From an uncultured Gemmatimonadales bacterium (lineage in GTDB: Bacteria > Gemmatimonadota > Gemmatimonadetes > Gemmatimonadales > Gemmatimonadaceae), in NCBI GenBank assembly GCA_963851265.1, contig CAWKNZ010000008.1, positions 1 to 64,000 on the forward strand: a DNA stretch of 64,000 nucleotides. The letters run 5' to 3'. The translations under genes and the position numbers were made by a program. Of the stretch, positions 20,550-29,730 are shown piece after piece. Numbering within the stretch: the stretch's first letter is position 1; each line of letters opens with the position of its first letter. The notes beneath the pieces were generated by a model. It saw only the letters and a list, made by a program, of their open reading frames with translations, made no database searches and was not told the origin of the DNA.

Positions 20550-23396
20550 ATGAGCTCCGACCTGTCCCGCCGCACCTTCCTGCGTTACGCCGGCGCCGCC
20601 GTCGCCACTTCCGGCGTGGGACTCGGGTCGTGGGTACCGGCGGCCGGGGGCCAGCCGACGCGTGCCGCGGCCACGCCCGACCGCGCCGCGTTCCTCCGCG
20701 GCATGCGCTGGCGCATGCTCGGCCCGTTCCGCGGGGGACGCACGGCTGCAGCAACCGGCGTACCCGGGCGACCCAACGAGTTCTACTTCGGCGCGGTCAA
20801 CGGCGGCGTGTGGAAGTCGATCGACGCCGGCCGCGTCTGGACGCCGGTGTTCGACGCGCAGCCCGTCGCTTCGATCGGCGCGATCGCGGTCGCGCCGTCG
20901 GCGCCGGACACGGTCTACGTGGGGAGCGGCGAGTCGACGCTCCGGGACTCCGCCGGCTACGGCAAGGGCGTGTACAAGTCGGTCGACGCCGGCCGCACCT
21001 GGACGCATCTCGGACTCGACGACACGCAGCACATCGGCAAGATCGCGGTCCACCCGACCGACCCCGACGTGGTCTTCGTCGCGGCCATCGGGCATCTCTA
21101 CGCGGCCAACGAACAGCGCGGCCTGTACCGGTCGACCGACGGCGGGCGCCGGTGGACCAAGGTGCTGGACCGCGGGCCCGACGTGGGTGCCGTCGAGGTC
21201 GTGATCGACCCGCGCGACCCGCGCGTCGTCTACGCCGGGCTCTGGAACACGCGCCGCCCGCCGTGGTTCACGTACGCGCCGACCAACGGCCCGGGCGGCG
21301 GGATCTTCAAGTCGACCGACGGCGGCACCACCTGGCGCCAGCTCACGACGGGGCTCCCGCCCGCCGGCATCGGACGGACCGGGATCGCCGTCGCGCCCAC
21401 CGACTCGCGGCGCGTCTACGCCGTCGTCGACTGCCTCGTCCCCGACCCCACCGCGCCCCTGCCCGGCGCCGACCACCCGGGCGGCCCGCGCCCGGGCGCG
21501 CCGCGGCCGGGGCAGGGCGGCTTCTTCCGCTCCGACAACGGCGGCGAGAGCTGGACGCGGCTCTCGGCCGACCCGGCGCTGTGGGGGCGCGGGTGGTACT
21601 TCGAGAAGCTCGCCGTCGACCCCCGCAACGCCGACGCGGTGTACGTGTCCAACGTGTCGGTGTCGCGCTCGCTGGACGGCGGTCACACCTGGGTGCCGCT
21701 CCGCGGATCGCCCGGGGGCGACGACTACCACCAGCCGTGGATCTCGCCCGACGACTCCAACACGATGATCGTCGCGAGCGACCAGGGCGCGATCGTCACG
21801 CGCAACGCGCTCGCCCCGGACCCCCGCGAGGTGACGTGGAGTTCGTGGCTCAACCAGCCCACGGCGCAGCTCTACCACATCTCGGCCGACTACCGCACGC
21901 CCTACTGGGTGACCGGGGCGCAGCAGGACAGCGGGGCCGTCGCCGTGCGCTCGCGCGGCAAGTTCGCCGAGCTGTCGGTGCGCGATTGGGAGCCGATCGG
22001 CGCCGGCGGCGAGAGCGGGTACACGGCCGGCGACCGACTGCACCCGGGCGTGATCTTCGGCGGCACCGGCACGCGCTACGACCTCGTGACCAACACCCCC
22101 GTGCCGGGCACCACCGCGCCGCACTCGGCGGCGCCGGCGCGGGCCGACTGGACGCAGCCGCTCGTCTTCTCCAAGGCCGACCCGACGGCGCTCTACTACG
22201 CGAGCCAGTTCCTCTTCCGGACGACCGACGGCGCCCGCACATGGACGCAGATCAGCGGGGACCTCACGCGCCCCGACCCGGGCGTACCGGCCACGCTCGA
22301 CGCGAGCGCGGCGGCGGCCGTCGACCGCAACGGAAAGCGCGGGGTGATCTACACCATCGCGCCGTCGCCGCGCGCGGCCCGGGTCGTGTGGGTCGGCACG
22401 GACGACGGCCTGATCCAGCTCACGACGGACGGCGGGGCCGCGTGGCGCGACGTCACGCCGCCCGCGCTCACGCCCTGGAGCCGGGTGACGATGGTGGAGG
22501 CATCGCCCTTCGACGACGCGGCGGCGTACGCGAGCGTCGACCGGCACCAGCTGCAGGACTTCGGCCCGCACCTCTACCGCACGCGAGACCGCGGCCGCAC
22601 GTGGCAGCCGATCACGCGGGGGCTCCCGGCGGACGGGTACGTCCACGTGGTGCGCGCCGACCCGGTGCGGCGCGGGCTGCTGTTCGCGGGGACGGAGCGC
22701 GGCGCGCACGTCTCGTTCGACGACGGCGATTCGTGGGAGCCGCTGCAACTCAACCTGCCGGTGACGTCGGTGCGCGACTTCGAGATCGTGGGCGACGACC
22801 TCGTGGTCGGCACGCACGGACGCGGGATCTGGGTGGTCGACGGCATCGGTCCGCTCCGGCAGGTCACCGACGCGCTCCTCGCGTCGGACGCCGCGCTCCT
22901 CCGCCCGGCCGACCTGGTTTACATCGCCCCGGGCGGGGACAACGGCACGCCGCTCCAGCAGGACGAGCCGCACACCGCGAACCCGCCCGACGGCGTCGCG
23001 CTCGAGTACTGGCTCCGCGTCGCGCCGCGCGGCCCGGTCACGCTCGAGGTGCTCGACGCGCGGGGCGCCGTCGCCCACGTGTTCGGGGGCGGGGCGGCGA
23101 GCGGCGCGGCATCCGGCCCCGACGGGTTAGGCGCCGGCGGCCGCCCGTCGGCGATTCCCAACACGACGGCGCTCTGGCGCCCGGCGCCGGAACCGTTCGC
23201 GACCGCGCCGGGACTGCACCGTGTCGTCTGGACCCCGGTCGCCGACCCGGCGCCCGGGGCGCCGGCCACCGCGCGCCCGGCGCTGCTCGCGGGCACGTTC
23301 ACGGCGCGGCTCACGGTCGACGGTCGCCGGTACACGCAGACGTTCACGGTGCGGCCGGACCCGCGCGGCGACCTGCGCGCGGTCGAGGATTCGTGA
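20550..23396 (+). CDS. Tat-exported BNR/VPS10 beta-propeller (glycosyl hydrolase-like)
   Basis: Tat signal SRRTFLR; WRMLGPFRGGR; repeated S/TxDGGxTW Asp-boxes; GTHGRGIW. Confidence 0.85.
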   Translation: MSSDLSRRTFLRYAGAAVATSGVGLGSWVPAAGGQPTRAAATPDRAAFLRGMRWRMLGPFRGGRTAAATGVPGRPNEFYFGAVNGGVWKSIDAGRVWTPVFDAQPVASIGAIAVAPSAPDTVYVGSGESTLRDSAGYGKGVYKSVDAGRTWTHLGLDDTQHIGKIAVHPTDPDVVFVAAIGHLYAANEQRGLYRSTDGGRRWTKVLDRGPDVGAVEVVIDPRDPRVVYAGLWNTRRPPWFTYAPTNGPGGGIFKSTDGGTTWRQLTTGLPPAGIGRTGIAVAPTDSRRVYAVVDCLVPDPTAPLPGADHPGGPRPGAPRPGQGGFFRSDNGGESWTRLSADPALWGRGWYFEKLAVDPRNADAVYVSNVSVSRSLDGGHTWVPLRGSPGGDDYHQPWISPDDSNTMIVASDQGAIVTRNALAPDPREVTWSSWLNQPTAQLYHISADYRTPYWVTGAQQDSGAVAVRSRGKFAELSVRDWEPIGAGGESGYTAGDRLHPGVIFGGTGTRYDLVTNTPVPGTTAPHSAAPARADWTQPLVFSKADPTALYYASQFLFRTTDGARTWTQISGDLTRPDPGVPATLDASAAAAVDRNGKRGVIYTIAPSPRAARVVWVGTDDGLIQLTTDGGAAWRDVTPPALTPWSRVTMVEASPFDDAAAYASVDRHQLQDFGPHLYRTRDRGRTWQPITRGLPADGYVHVVRADPVRRGLLFAGTERGAHVSFDDGDSWEPLQLNLPVTSVRDFEIVGDDLVVGTHGRGIWVVDGIGPLRQVTDALLASDAALLRPADLVYIAPGGDNGTPLQQDEPHTANPPDGVALEYWLRVAPRGPVTLEVLDARGAVAHVFGGGAASGAASGPDGLGAGGRPSAIPNTTALWRPAPEPFATAPGLHRVVWTPVADPAPGAPATARPALLAGTFTARLTVDGRRYTQTFTVRPDPRGDLRAVEDS

Positions 23397-23401
23397 CCTG
23401 A

Positions 23402-23438
23402 GTCGCGACGACGCGTCACGCCGGCGCGTCGTCACGAC
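23402..23438 (+). terminator. Hairpin after the BNR gene
   Basis: GTCGCGACGACGCGTC / GGCGCGTCGTCACGAC stem, 5-nt loop. Confidence 0.45.
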
Positions 23439-23708
23439 GGCCGACGTGACGCCGAGGGCCCTGTTAGACCCTGTCACGCCAGCACACGTCACTGAGGCGC
23501 TCGCGAATCGTCTAACTGCACGGCGTCCCGGGACGCGCAGCGCGCGTGCATCGAATGTTGGGCGCACACGGTTCGTGGCCGGGCCGTCATGCCCAGCGTG
23601 CTGCAACTCGGGGCCCGTGCGAGTACGCGAAACGGTAGCGCGGTCGCCGCATTTTGGGGCTTGCGTAAATCCGCGCGCAAAGAGGTCTGTGACCAACACG
23701 CGTAACTC

Positions 23709-23741
23709 TTGACAACCGTTGCGCCGAGTGCGTTATAGGCT
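23709..23741 (+). promoter_or_regulatory. Sigma-70-like promoter for susC
   Basis: TTGACA at 23709-23714 and TATAGGCT at 23734-23741 (19-nt spacing, suboptimal). Confidence 0.5.
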
Positions 23742-23945
23742 CATTCAACTTCGCTTCGCGCGCGCCCGAACCGGTTCACGTCACGTGAATCGGGTCGGTC
23801 GGGCGTGCGAGCACCCGGGATTGGTCGGTGGTCCCGGCGGCCACGCGTAGCACCCGCCTGGTTAGGCGGGTGCAGGGGTCGCGTGCGCTCGCGTGGGTGA
23901 GGCGTGGGTGGGAGCGGCGCAGTTCAAATCACTCGGAGGAACGCA

Positions 23946-26900
23946 ATGGAGACAACGTTGTCCGACAGGCCGGCACGTCCGCGGAGTCAGCCCCAACTCC
24001 TACGCACGGTGGTGACCTGCTGGTCGATCGTGCCGATGATGCTCGTCGCGACGGGCACGGCATGGGCGCAGGTTCAGCGGATCCGGGTGACCGGGACCGT
24101 GGCCGATTCTGGAGGCACACCGCTCACGGGGGCCGTGGTGCGCGTGCTCGGGGATTCCGGCGCCGCGACCACGACCGGGTCCGGGCGATTCAGCATCTCG
24201 GCAACCCCGACCGGGACCCTCACGGTGCGACTGGTCGGCTATCAGCCGTACCAGACTCCGATCAACGGGCAGACATCGATCAGCGTGATCCTGCGGCGGC
24301 GCCTCGCGGTGCTGTCCGAGGTCGTCGTGCAGACGAGCGGCTACGGCGGCGACGCGCAGAAGCGCTCGCAGATCACCGGCGCGGTCGGCACCGTGAACGT
24401 CGCGGCCACGCAGAATCGCAGCCAGGCGAGCGTGGTGCAGAGCCTCGACGCCACGGTGACCGGCGTGACGGTCCAGGACAACGGGTCGCCCGGCTCGCGC
24501 AGCACCGTGCGCATCCGCGGCATCAGCTCGTTCCAGAACAACGACCCGCTCTACGTCGTCGACGGCACGCCGGTCCAGGACACGTACGTCAACTTCATCA
24601 GCCCGGAAGACATCGCGTCCATCCAAGTCCTCAAGGATGCGTCGGCGGCGTCGATCTACGGCTCGCGCGCGAGCAACGGCGTCATCCTCATCGAGACCCG
24701 CAAGGGCGGCCAGAACGGACCGCCCCGCACGACGCTCTCGGTGCGCACGGGCACCCAGTCGCCGTTCCGCGGATACAACGACTTCGTGTCGTACGACCCG
24801 ATGTACAGCTTCCGGATCCAGAAGCAGGGGCTGCTCAACGAGGGGCTGAGCCAGGCGGATATCCAGGCCGCGCTCGGACCGATCTACGGCGACATCAACA
24901 ATCCGTCGATCCCGACGTACCTCTACGCGGCGCCGAGTGCGATCACCGGGACGGACGCGTACGGACGGCCGACCTCGGTGAACGCGAGCGCGTACTCGTA
25001 TGCGGCGGGCCCGAAGGGGCTGATCGAGCCCGGCAGCGCCGGAACCGACTGGTGGAAGGCGGTCTTCGGCTCGGCCCCGGTGAGCGAGGTCAATCTCGGC
25101 ATTTCGGGGGCCGGCACGGGTACCCAGTACGCCGTCTCGGGCAACTACTTCGACCAGACCGGCACGGCGGCGTACAACCGGTACCGCCGCGGGAGCCTGC
25201 GCGCGAACACCCAGTTCACGCGCAACCGGTGGACGGTCGGCGAGAACCTCGCCGTGATCGGTGAGAACAACTTCGGCGGGCTCGCGAGCGACGCGTTCGG
25301 CGAGGGCGGCTTCCTCGGCAAGAACATCCTGAGCCAGGGCGTCATCCCGCTCTACGACATCGCCGGGAACTACGGCGGCCCGAGCGCCGCGCCTCGGGGC
25401 GGCAACAACAGCAACCCGCTGCAGCAGGCCTACCAGGCGCGCAACAACACGTTCACCACCGACCGGTTCTTCGGGAACCTGTTCGCGAGCTTCGACATCA
25501 CCCCGCGCATCGTGCTGCGCAGCCAGCTCGGCGGGAACGTCGGCGCGACGGCCGGGCGGGTGTACAACGGGTCGACGCCGCAGAACGCCGAGGCGACCTA
25601 CGGCGACAACTACTCGGACCAGAACACGAACTTCACGGACTGGACCTGGAGCAACACGGCGCGCTACAGCAACCAGTCCGGCCCGCACAACCTGACGGTG
25701 CTCCTCGGGCAGGAGATCAACCGGGGGAACAGCCGGTACCTGCAGGGCACCGTCCAGAACCTGATCAGCAACAACCCCAGTTCGCTGTTCGTCAACGCCG
25801 GCATCGGCGCGCTCGGCAATCCGTTCAGCAGCGGCGGCCAGTACGCGCTCGTCTCGTTCTTCGGCAAGACTGATTACAGCTACAACGACCGCTACACCGC
25901 GAGCCTCACGGTGCGGCGCGACGGCTCGTCGAACCTCGGACCCAACAACCGGTACGGGACGTTCCCGGCCGGCGGCCTGGCCTGGCACGCGTCGCGGGAG
26001 TCGTTCCTCGCGAACAATCCGATCATCTCGGACCTCCAGTTCCGCGTCGGCTACGGCGTCACCGGCAACCAGAGCATCCCGACGGGGCGCACGGTCAACC
26101 AGTACGGCGCCGACCCGGGCGGCACGGGCTACAACATCTCGGGCGGCGGCACGCTGCAGACGGGCTACAAGCTGACGGCGCTCGGCAACCCCAACCTGAA
26201 GTGGGAGCAGAACCAGTCGGTCAACGCCGGATTCGACCTCGGGCTGTACAACAACAACCTGAACGTCATCTTCGACTACTTCAGCCGTCTGACCAACAAC
26301 CTGCTCTTCGCCCCGGTCACCCCGGCTTCCGCAGGGACGGCCGCCCCGCCGTTCCTCAACGTCGGCGCGGTGAAGAACGCCGGGTTCGAATTCTCGCTCG
26401 GACACCAGAGCCGGAACTGGAGCCTCAACTTCAACGGCAGCCACTACAGCAACCGGATCACCCGCATCGACGGCGCGACGAACTTCTTCTTCGGCTACGG
26501 CGTGCGTCAGGGGAACGTGACGATCAACCAGGTCGGCTCGCCGATCGGCGCGTTCTACGGGTTGGTCGCCGACGGCTTCTTCAAAGACTCGGCTGACGTC
26601 GCGAAAAGCCCGCACCAGGACGGCGCCGCGCCGGGCCGCATCAAGTTCAAGGACGTCAACGGCGACGGGCAGGTCACCGCTGCCGACCGGACGGTCATCG
26701 GGAGCCCGGACCCGAAGTTCACCGCCGGGCTGGACGGGACGTACCGCGTCGGGCGCTTCGACGTGCGGGGCACCGTGTTCGGGACGTTCGGCAACAAGGT
26801 CTTCGACGCGCAGAAGCAGTGGTACGTGTTCCAGGTGTTCCCCTCGGCCGTGCGGAACGACCTGCTCCAGAACTCCTGGACGCCGACCAACCAGAACGCC

Positions 26901-27227
26901 AAGTACCCGCGGATCGACCCGAGCGACACGTACAGCACCGCGGTCAGCAGCTACTACCTCGAGAACGGGTCGTATGTCCGGCTGCGGAACGTGCAACTCG
27001 GGTACACGCTGCCGCAGGGCTTCCGCTTCCTCCCGTCCGGGACGCGCATCTACCTGCAGGGCGAGAACCTCTTTACGATCACCGGCTACGACGGCCTCGA
27101 TCCGGCGCTCCCGCCGGCCAACATCACCGGGTCGTCGGGCGACGTCCGCGACCAGTTCCGCGGCGTCGACCAGGGCGTGTACCCGACCAGCCGGATCTTC
27201 AGCCTCGGCATCACGACCCGCTTCTGA
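23946..27227 (+). CDS. susC: SusC/RagA-family TonB-dependent transporter
   Basis: GGAGGA RBS; VRIRGISS, PLYVVDG, LKDASAASIYGSRASNGVILIETRKG, LKWEQN, ENGSYVRLRN, terminal F. Confidence 0.95.
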   Translation: METTLSDRPARPRSQPQLLRTVVTCWSIVPMMLVATGTAWAQVQRIRVTGTVADSGGTPLTGAVVRVLGDSGAATTTGSGRFSISATPTGTLTVRLVGYQPYQTPINGQTSISVILRRRLAVLSEVVVQTSGYGGDAQKRSQITGAVGTVNVAATQNRSQASVVQSLDATVTGVTVQDNGSPGSRSTVRIRGISSFQNNDPLYVVDGTPVQDTYVNFISPEDIASIQVLKDASAASIYGSRASNGVILIETRKGGQNGPPRTTLSVRTGTQSPFRGYNDFVSYDPMYSFRIQKQGLLNEGLSQADIQAALGPIYGDINNPSIPTYLYAAPSAITGTDAYGRPTSVNASAYSYAAGPKGLIEPGSAGTDWWKAVFGSAPVSEVNLGISGAGTGTQYAVSGNYFDQTGTAAYNRYRRGSLRANTQFTRNRWTVGENLAVIGENNFGGLASDAFGEGGFLGKNILSQGVIPLYDIAGNYGGPSAAPRGGNNSNPLQQAYQARNNTFTTDRFFGNLFASFDITPRIVLRSQLGGNVGATAGRVYNGSTPQNAEATYGDNYSDQNTNFTDWTWSNTARYSNQSGPHNLTVLLGQEINRGNSRYLQGTVQNLISNNPSSLFVNAGIGALGNPFSSGGQYALVSFFGKTDYSYNDRYTASLTVRRDGSSNLGPNNRYGTFPAGGLAWHASRESFLANNPIISDLQFRVGYGVTGNQSIPTGRTVNQYGADPGGTGYNISGGGTLQTGYKLTALGNPNLKWEQNQSVNAGFDLGLYNNNLNVIFDYFSRLTNNLLFAPVTPASAGTAAPPFLNVGAVKNAGFEFSLGHQSRNWSLNFNGSHYSNRITRIDGATNFFFGYGVRQGNVTINQVGSPIGAFYGLVADGFFKDSADVAKSPHQDGAAPGRIKFKDVNGDGQVTAADRTVIGSPDPKFTAGLDGTYRVGRFDVRGTVFGTFGNKVFDAQKQWYVFQVFPSAVRNDLLQNSWTPTNQNAKYPRIDPSDTYSTAVSSYYLENGSYVRLRNVQLGYTLPQGFRFLPSGTRIYLQGENLFTITGYDGLDPALPPANITGSSGDVRDQFRGVDQGVYPTSRIFSLGITTRF
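23951..23962. promoter_or_regulatory. LacI-family (NagR-like) operator GACAACGTTGTC
   Basis: Perfect 12-bp palindrome just inside susC; related TTGACAACCGTTGC overlaps the -35. Confidence 0.55.
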
Positions 27228-27256
27228 TGCCCGCCACCAACCAATTCGAAGAGCCG

Positions 27257-29095
27257 ATGAGAAACGCATCACAGCGCGGCGCGACGCGGCGCCCCCTGCT
27301 GCTCGGGGCGGCCCTGCCGCTCGTGGCGGCGCTCGGGCTCGGCGCGTGCAAGGACACCCTGGCCACCGCGGCGCAGCCGCTCGGCACGCTCAACGCCACG
27401 TCGCTCGCGAACAAAGCGGGCGTGGAGGCCAACCTCGTCTCCGCCTACCGCGCCCTCGACTGGAACAATGCCGTTGGCGGCGGCTGGGGGAACGCGGCGA
27501 GCGACTGGGAGTGGGCGAGCGTCAGCAGCGACGACGCGCACAAAGGATCGAACAGCGGTGACCAGCCCGGGGTCCAGGATGCCTCGCTGTACAACTGGGG
27601 GTCGGGCAACACCGACAGCGACCTCAACGACAAGTGGCGCGGCGCCTACGAGGGGGTCTCCCGGACGAACGCGGTGCTGAGCCTGCTCCAGTCGGTCCAG
27701 AAGAGCTCGCCGGGCGCGATCTCGGCCTCCGACGCGACGGGCATCGCCGGCGAGGCGATATTCCTCCGTGCGCACTACCACTTCTCCGCGTACCGCCTCT
27801 GGGGCAACATCCCGTACTACCGGGAGGGCGATACCGACCTCCGCAAGCCGAACGAGTCGGCCACGGCGGTCATCGCGGACATCGAGAAGGACCTCGATTC
27901 CGCCATCACCCTCCTGCCGTCGAGCCCGCGGAACGGCGACAAGGGGCGGGTGATGAAGATGACGGCGATGGCGTACAAGGGGCGCGTCCAGGCCTACGCC
28001 GGCCAGTGGGCGAGCGCGCTCACCACGCTGCGCGCGGTGCAGGCGAGCGGGGTATACAGCCTCGAGACCAGCTTCGACCACGTCTGGACGGGCCGCCCCG
28101 CGTACTGGAACGGCCCGGAGACGATCCTCGCCTACCAGGCGTCGGTGAACGACGGGGAGCCGAACGGCAACAACGCGAACTACGGCGAGCGTCTGAACTT
28201 CCCGTACTCGGGCAGCCCCTTCGGGTGCTGCGGATTCCACCAGCCGTCGCAGGACCTCGTCAACTTCTACGCGGTCGACGCGAACGGCCTTCCGGTCGCC
28301 CTGTCCAACCCGAACTGGGACGCCAACAACACCACCCTCGTGGGTGGGACCATGACGCCGGTCGACCCGCGGGTGGACTGGACCGTGGGCCGCTTCCGCA
28401 CGCCGTACAAGGACTGGGGTCTTCCGAACCCGTCCTGGATCCGCGACCAGACCTACAGCGGGCCGTACAGCCCGAAGAAGAACGCCCACGAGCAGGCGAC
28501 CGTCGGAACGTCGCAGAGCACCGTGGGGTGGACGCCGACGCAGCTCAACGCGGTGAAGATCCACATCTTCCGCTACGCCGACGCGCTGCTGCTGCTGGCG
28601 GAGGCGGAGGTCGAGGCGGGGTCGCTCGATAACGCCCGGGTGATCGTCAACCAGATCCGGGCCCGGGCGGCGGCGGGCGCGCAGGGGTGCGGGAGTGCCG
28701 ATTCCACCACGCTCGCGGCCTACCCGACGTGTAGGGGCGACACACGCCTCTCCGTCCCGATCAACGACCCGAGCATCAAGTGGGCGAAGTACCAGATCGG
28801 CCAGTACCCGGCCGGGTCGTTCTCCAACCAGGCCTACGCGCGCCAGGCCGTCCACGCCGAGCGCCGGCTGGAGCTGGCGATGGAAGGGCAGCGCTTCTTC
28901 GACCTGAAGCGCTGGGGCGAGTATCAGCAGCGGCTCACGGATTACCGCGCGGCGGAGGGGGCCCGGTTCCCGTCGTACTTCGCGGGCGCCGGACCAATCA
29001 GCTCGCGGCTGCTGTACTATCCCATCCCCTCGGCCCAGATCCAGCTGAGCACCGTCGGGAGCACGCCGACGCTGAAGCAGAACCCGGGGTGGTGA
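27257..29095 (+). CDS. susD: SusD/RagB-family lipoprotein (alternative start 27227)
   Basis: Lipobox LGAC; GEAIFLRAHYHF; RYADALLLLAEA; ERRLELAMEGQRFFDLKRWG; QNPGW. Confidence 0.95.
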   Translation: MRNASQRGATRRPLLLGAALPLVAALGLGACKDTLATAAQPLGTLNATSLANKAGVEANLVSAYRALDWNNAVGGGWGNAASDWEWASVSSDDAHKGSNSGDQPGVQDASLYNWGSGNTDSDLNDKWRGAYEGVSRTNAVLSLLQSVQKSSPGAISASDATGIAGEAIFLRAHYHFSAYRLWGNIPYYREGDTDLRKPNESATAVIADIEKDLDSAITLLPSSPRNGDKGRVMKMTAMAYKGRVQAYAGQWASALTTLRAVQASGVYSLETSFDHVWTGRPAYWNGPETILAYQASVNDGEPNGNNANYGERLNFPYSGSPFGCCGFHQPSQDLVNFYAVDANGLPVALSNPNWDANNTTLVGGTMTPVDPRVDWTVGRFRTPYKDWGLPNPSWIRDQTYSGPYSPKKNAHEQATVGTSQSTVGWTPTQLNAVKIHIFRYADALLLLAEAEVEAGSLDNARVIVNQIRARAAAGAQGCGSADSTTLAAYPTCRGDTRLSVPINDPSIKWAKYQIGQYPAGSFSNQAYARQAVHAERRLELAMEGQRFFDLKRWGEYQQRLTDYRAAEGARFPSYFAGAGPISSRLLYYPIPSAQIQLSTVGSTPTLKQNPGW

Positions 29096-29151
29096 GCTGA
29101 GCGGGGCGGCCACCGTTAGGCAGCCGCGGCGCACAGTCACACGAGTTCCCG

Positions 29152-29187
29152 CGAAGCGGGCGACCGGTCAGCCGGTCGCCCGCTTCG
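29152..29187 (+). terminator. Perfect 16-bp hairpin after susD
   Basis: CGAAGCGGGCGACCGG-TCAG-CCGGTCGCCCGCTTCG. Confidence 0.7.
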
Positions 29188-29259
29188 TGCGTACGCCCTC
29201 GACTCGGTCGGCCGCCGGGGTAGCTTAGGTGCGTCCCCTCTCACCCCGCCCCGTCGACG

Positions 29260-29709
29260 ATGCCCCGTACTGTCACCCTGCTCGCCCGGCCACTCGCCCT
29301 CGCCGCCGCGCTCGCCGCCTGCGGCGCACGCACGAACGCGCGCGAGGCCGGGCAGACCCGCTACCACGGGCGGACGCTCGAGGAGTGGTGGCAGCTGCGG
29401 CGCTCGCCGGACGACGAGACGGCGGCAGAGGCCAGCGATGCGATGCGGGCGTTGGGCGCGGCAGCGGTCCCGTTCCTCGCGGAGAAGGCGGCCAGCCACG
29501 ACCTCGGTGACGTGATCGGAAGCAGCGTGGCGCTCGAGGCGATGTGCCCGAACGTGATCCCCGCGATGGAGGCCGCGCGTGCGAGTCAGCCGTCGGCGGC
29601 GCTGGACGGCGCGATCCGGCGCGTCAGGGCGGACACCGCCGTCCGGGCCCATTCCGCAGCCTGTCGCGACAACGGCGACTCCGCAGGCACGGCTGCACGC
29701 GCCAAGTAG
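29260..29709 (+). CDS. Hypothetical helical (HEAT-like) lipoprotein
   Basis: Lipobox LAAC; YHGRTLEEW...ALGAAAVPFL. Confidence 0.6.
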   Translation: MPRTVTLLARPLALAAALAACGARTNAREAGQTRYHGRTLEEWWQLRRSPDDETAAEASDAMRALGAAAVPFLAEKAASHDLGDVIGSSVALEAMCPNVIPAMEAARASQPSAALDGAIRRVRADTAVRAHSAACRDNGDSAGTAARAK

Positions 29710-29730
29710 GACGGCGCGTGCAGCCGCCGC

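Noticed and set aside
18890..23401. 1503-aa plus-strand ORF
   Set aside because: Alternative frame over the GT4 and BNR genes.
24000..27272. 1090-aa minus-strand ORF
   Set aside because: Antisense shadow of susC.
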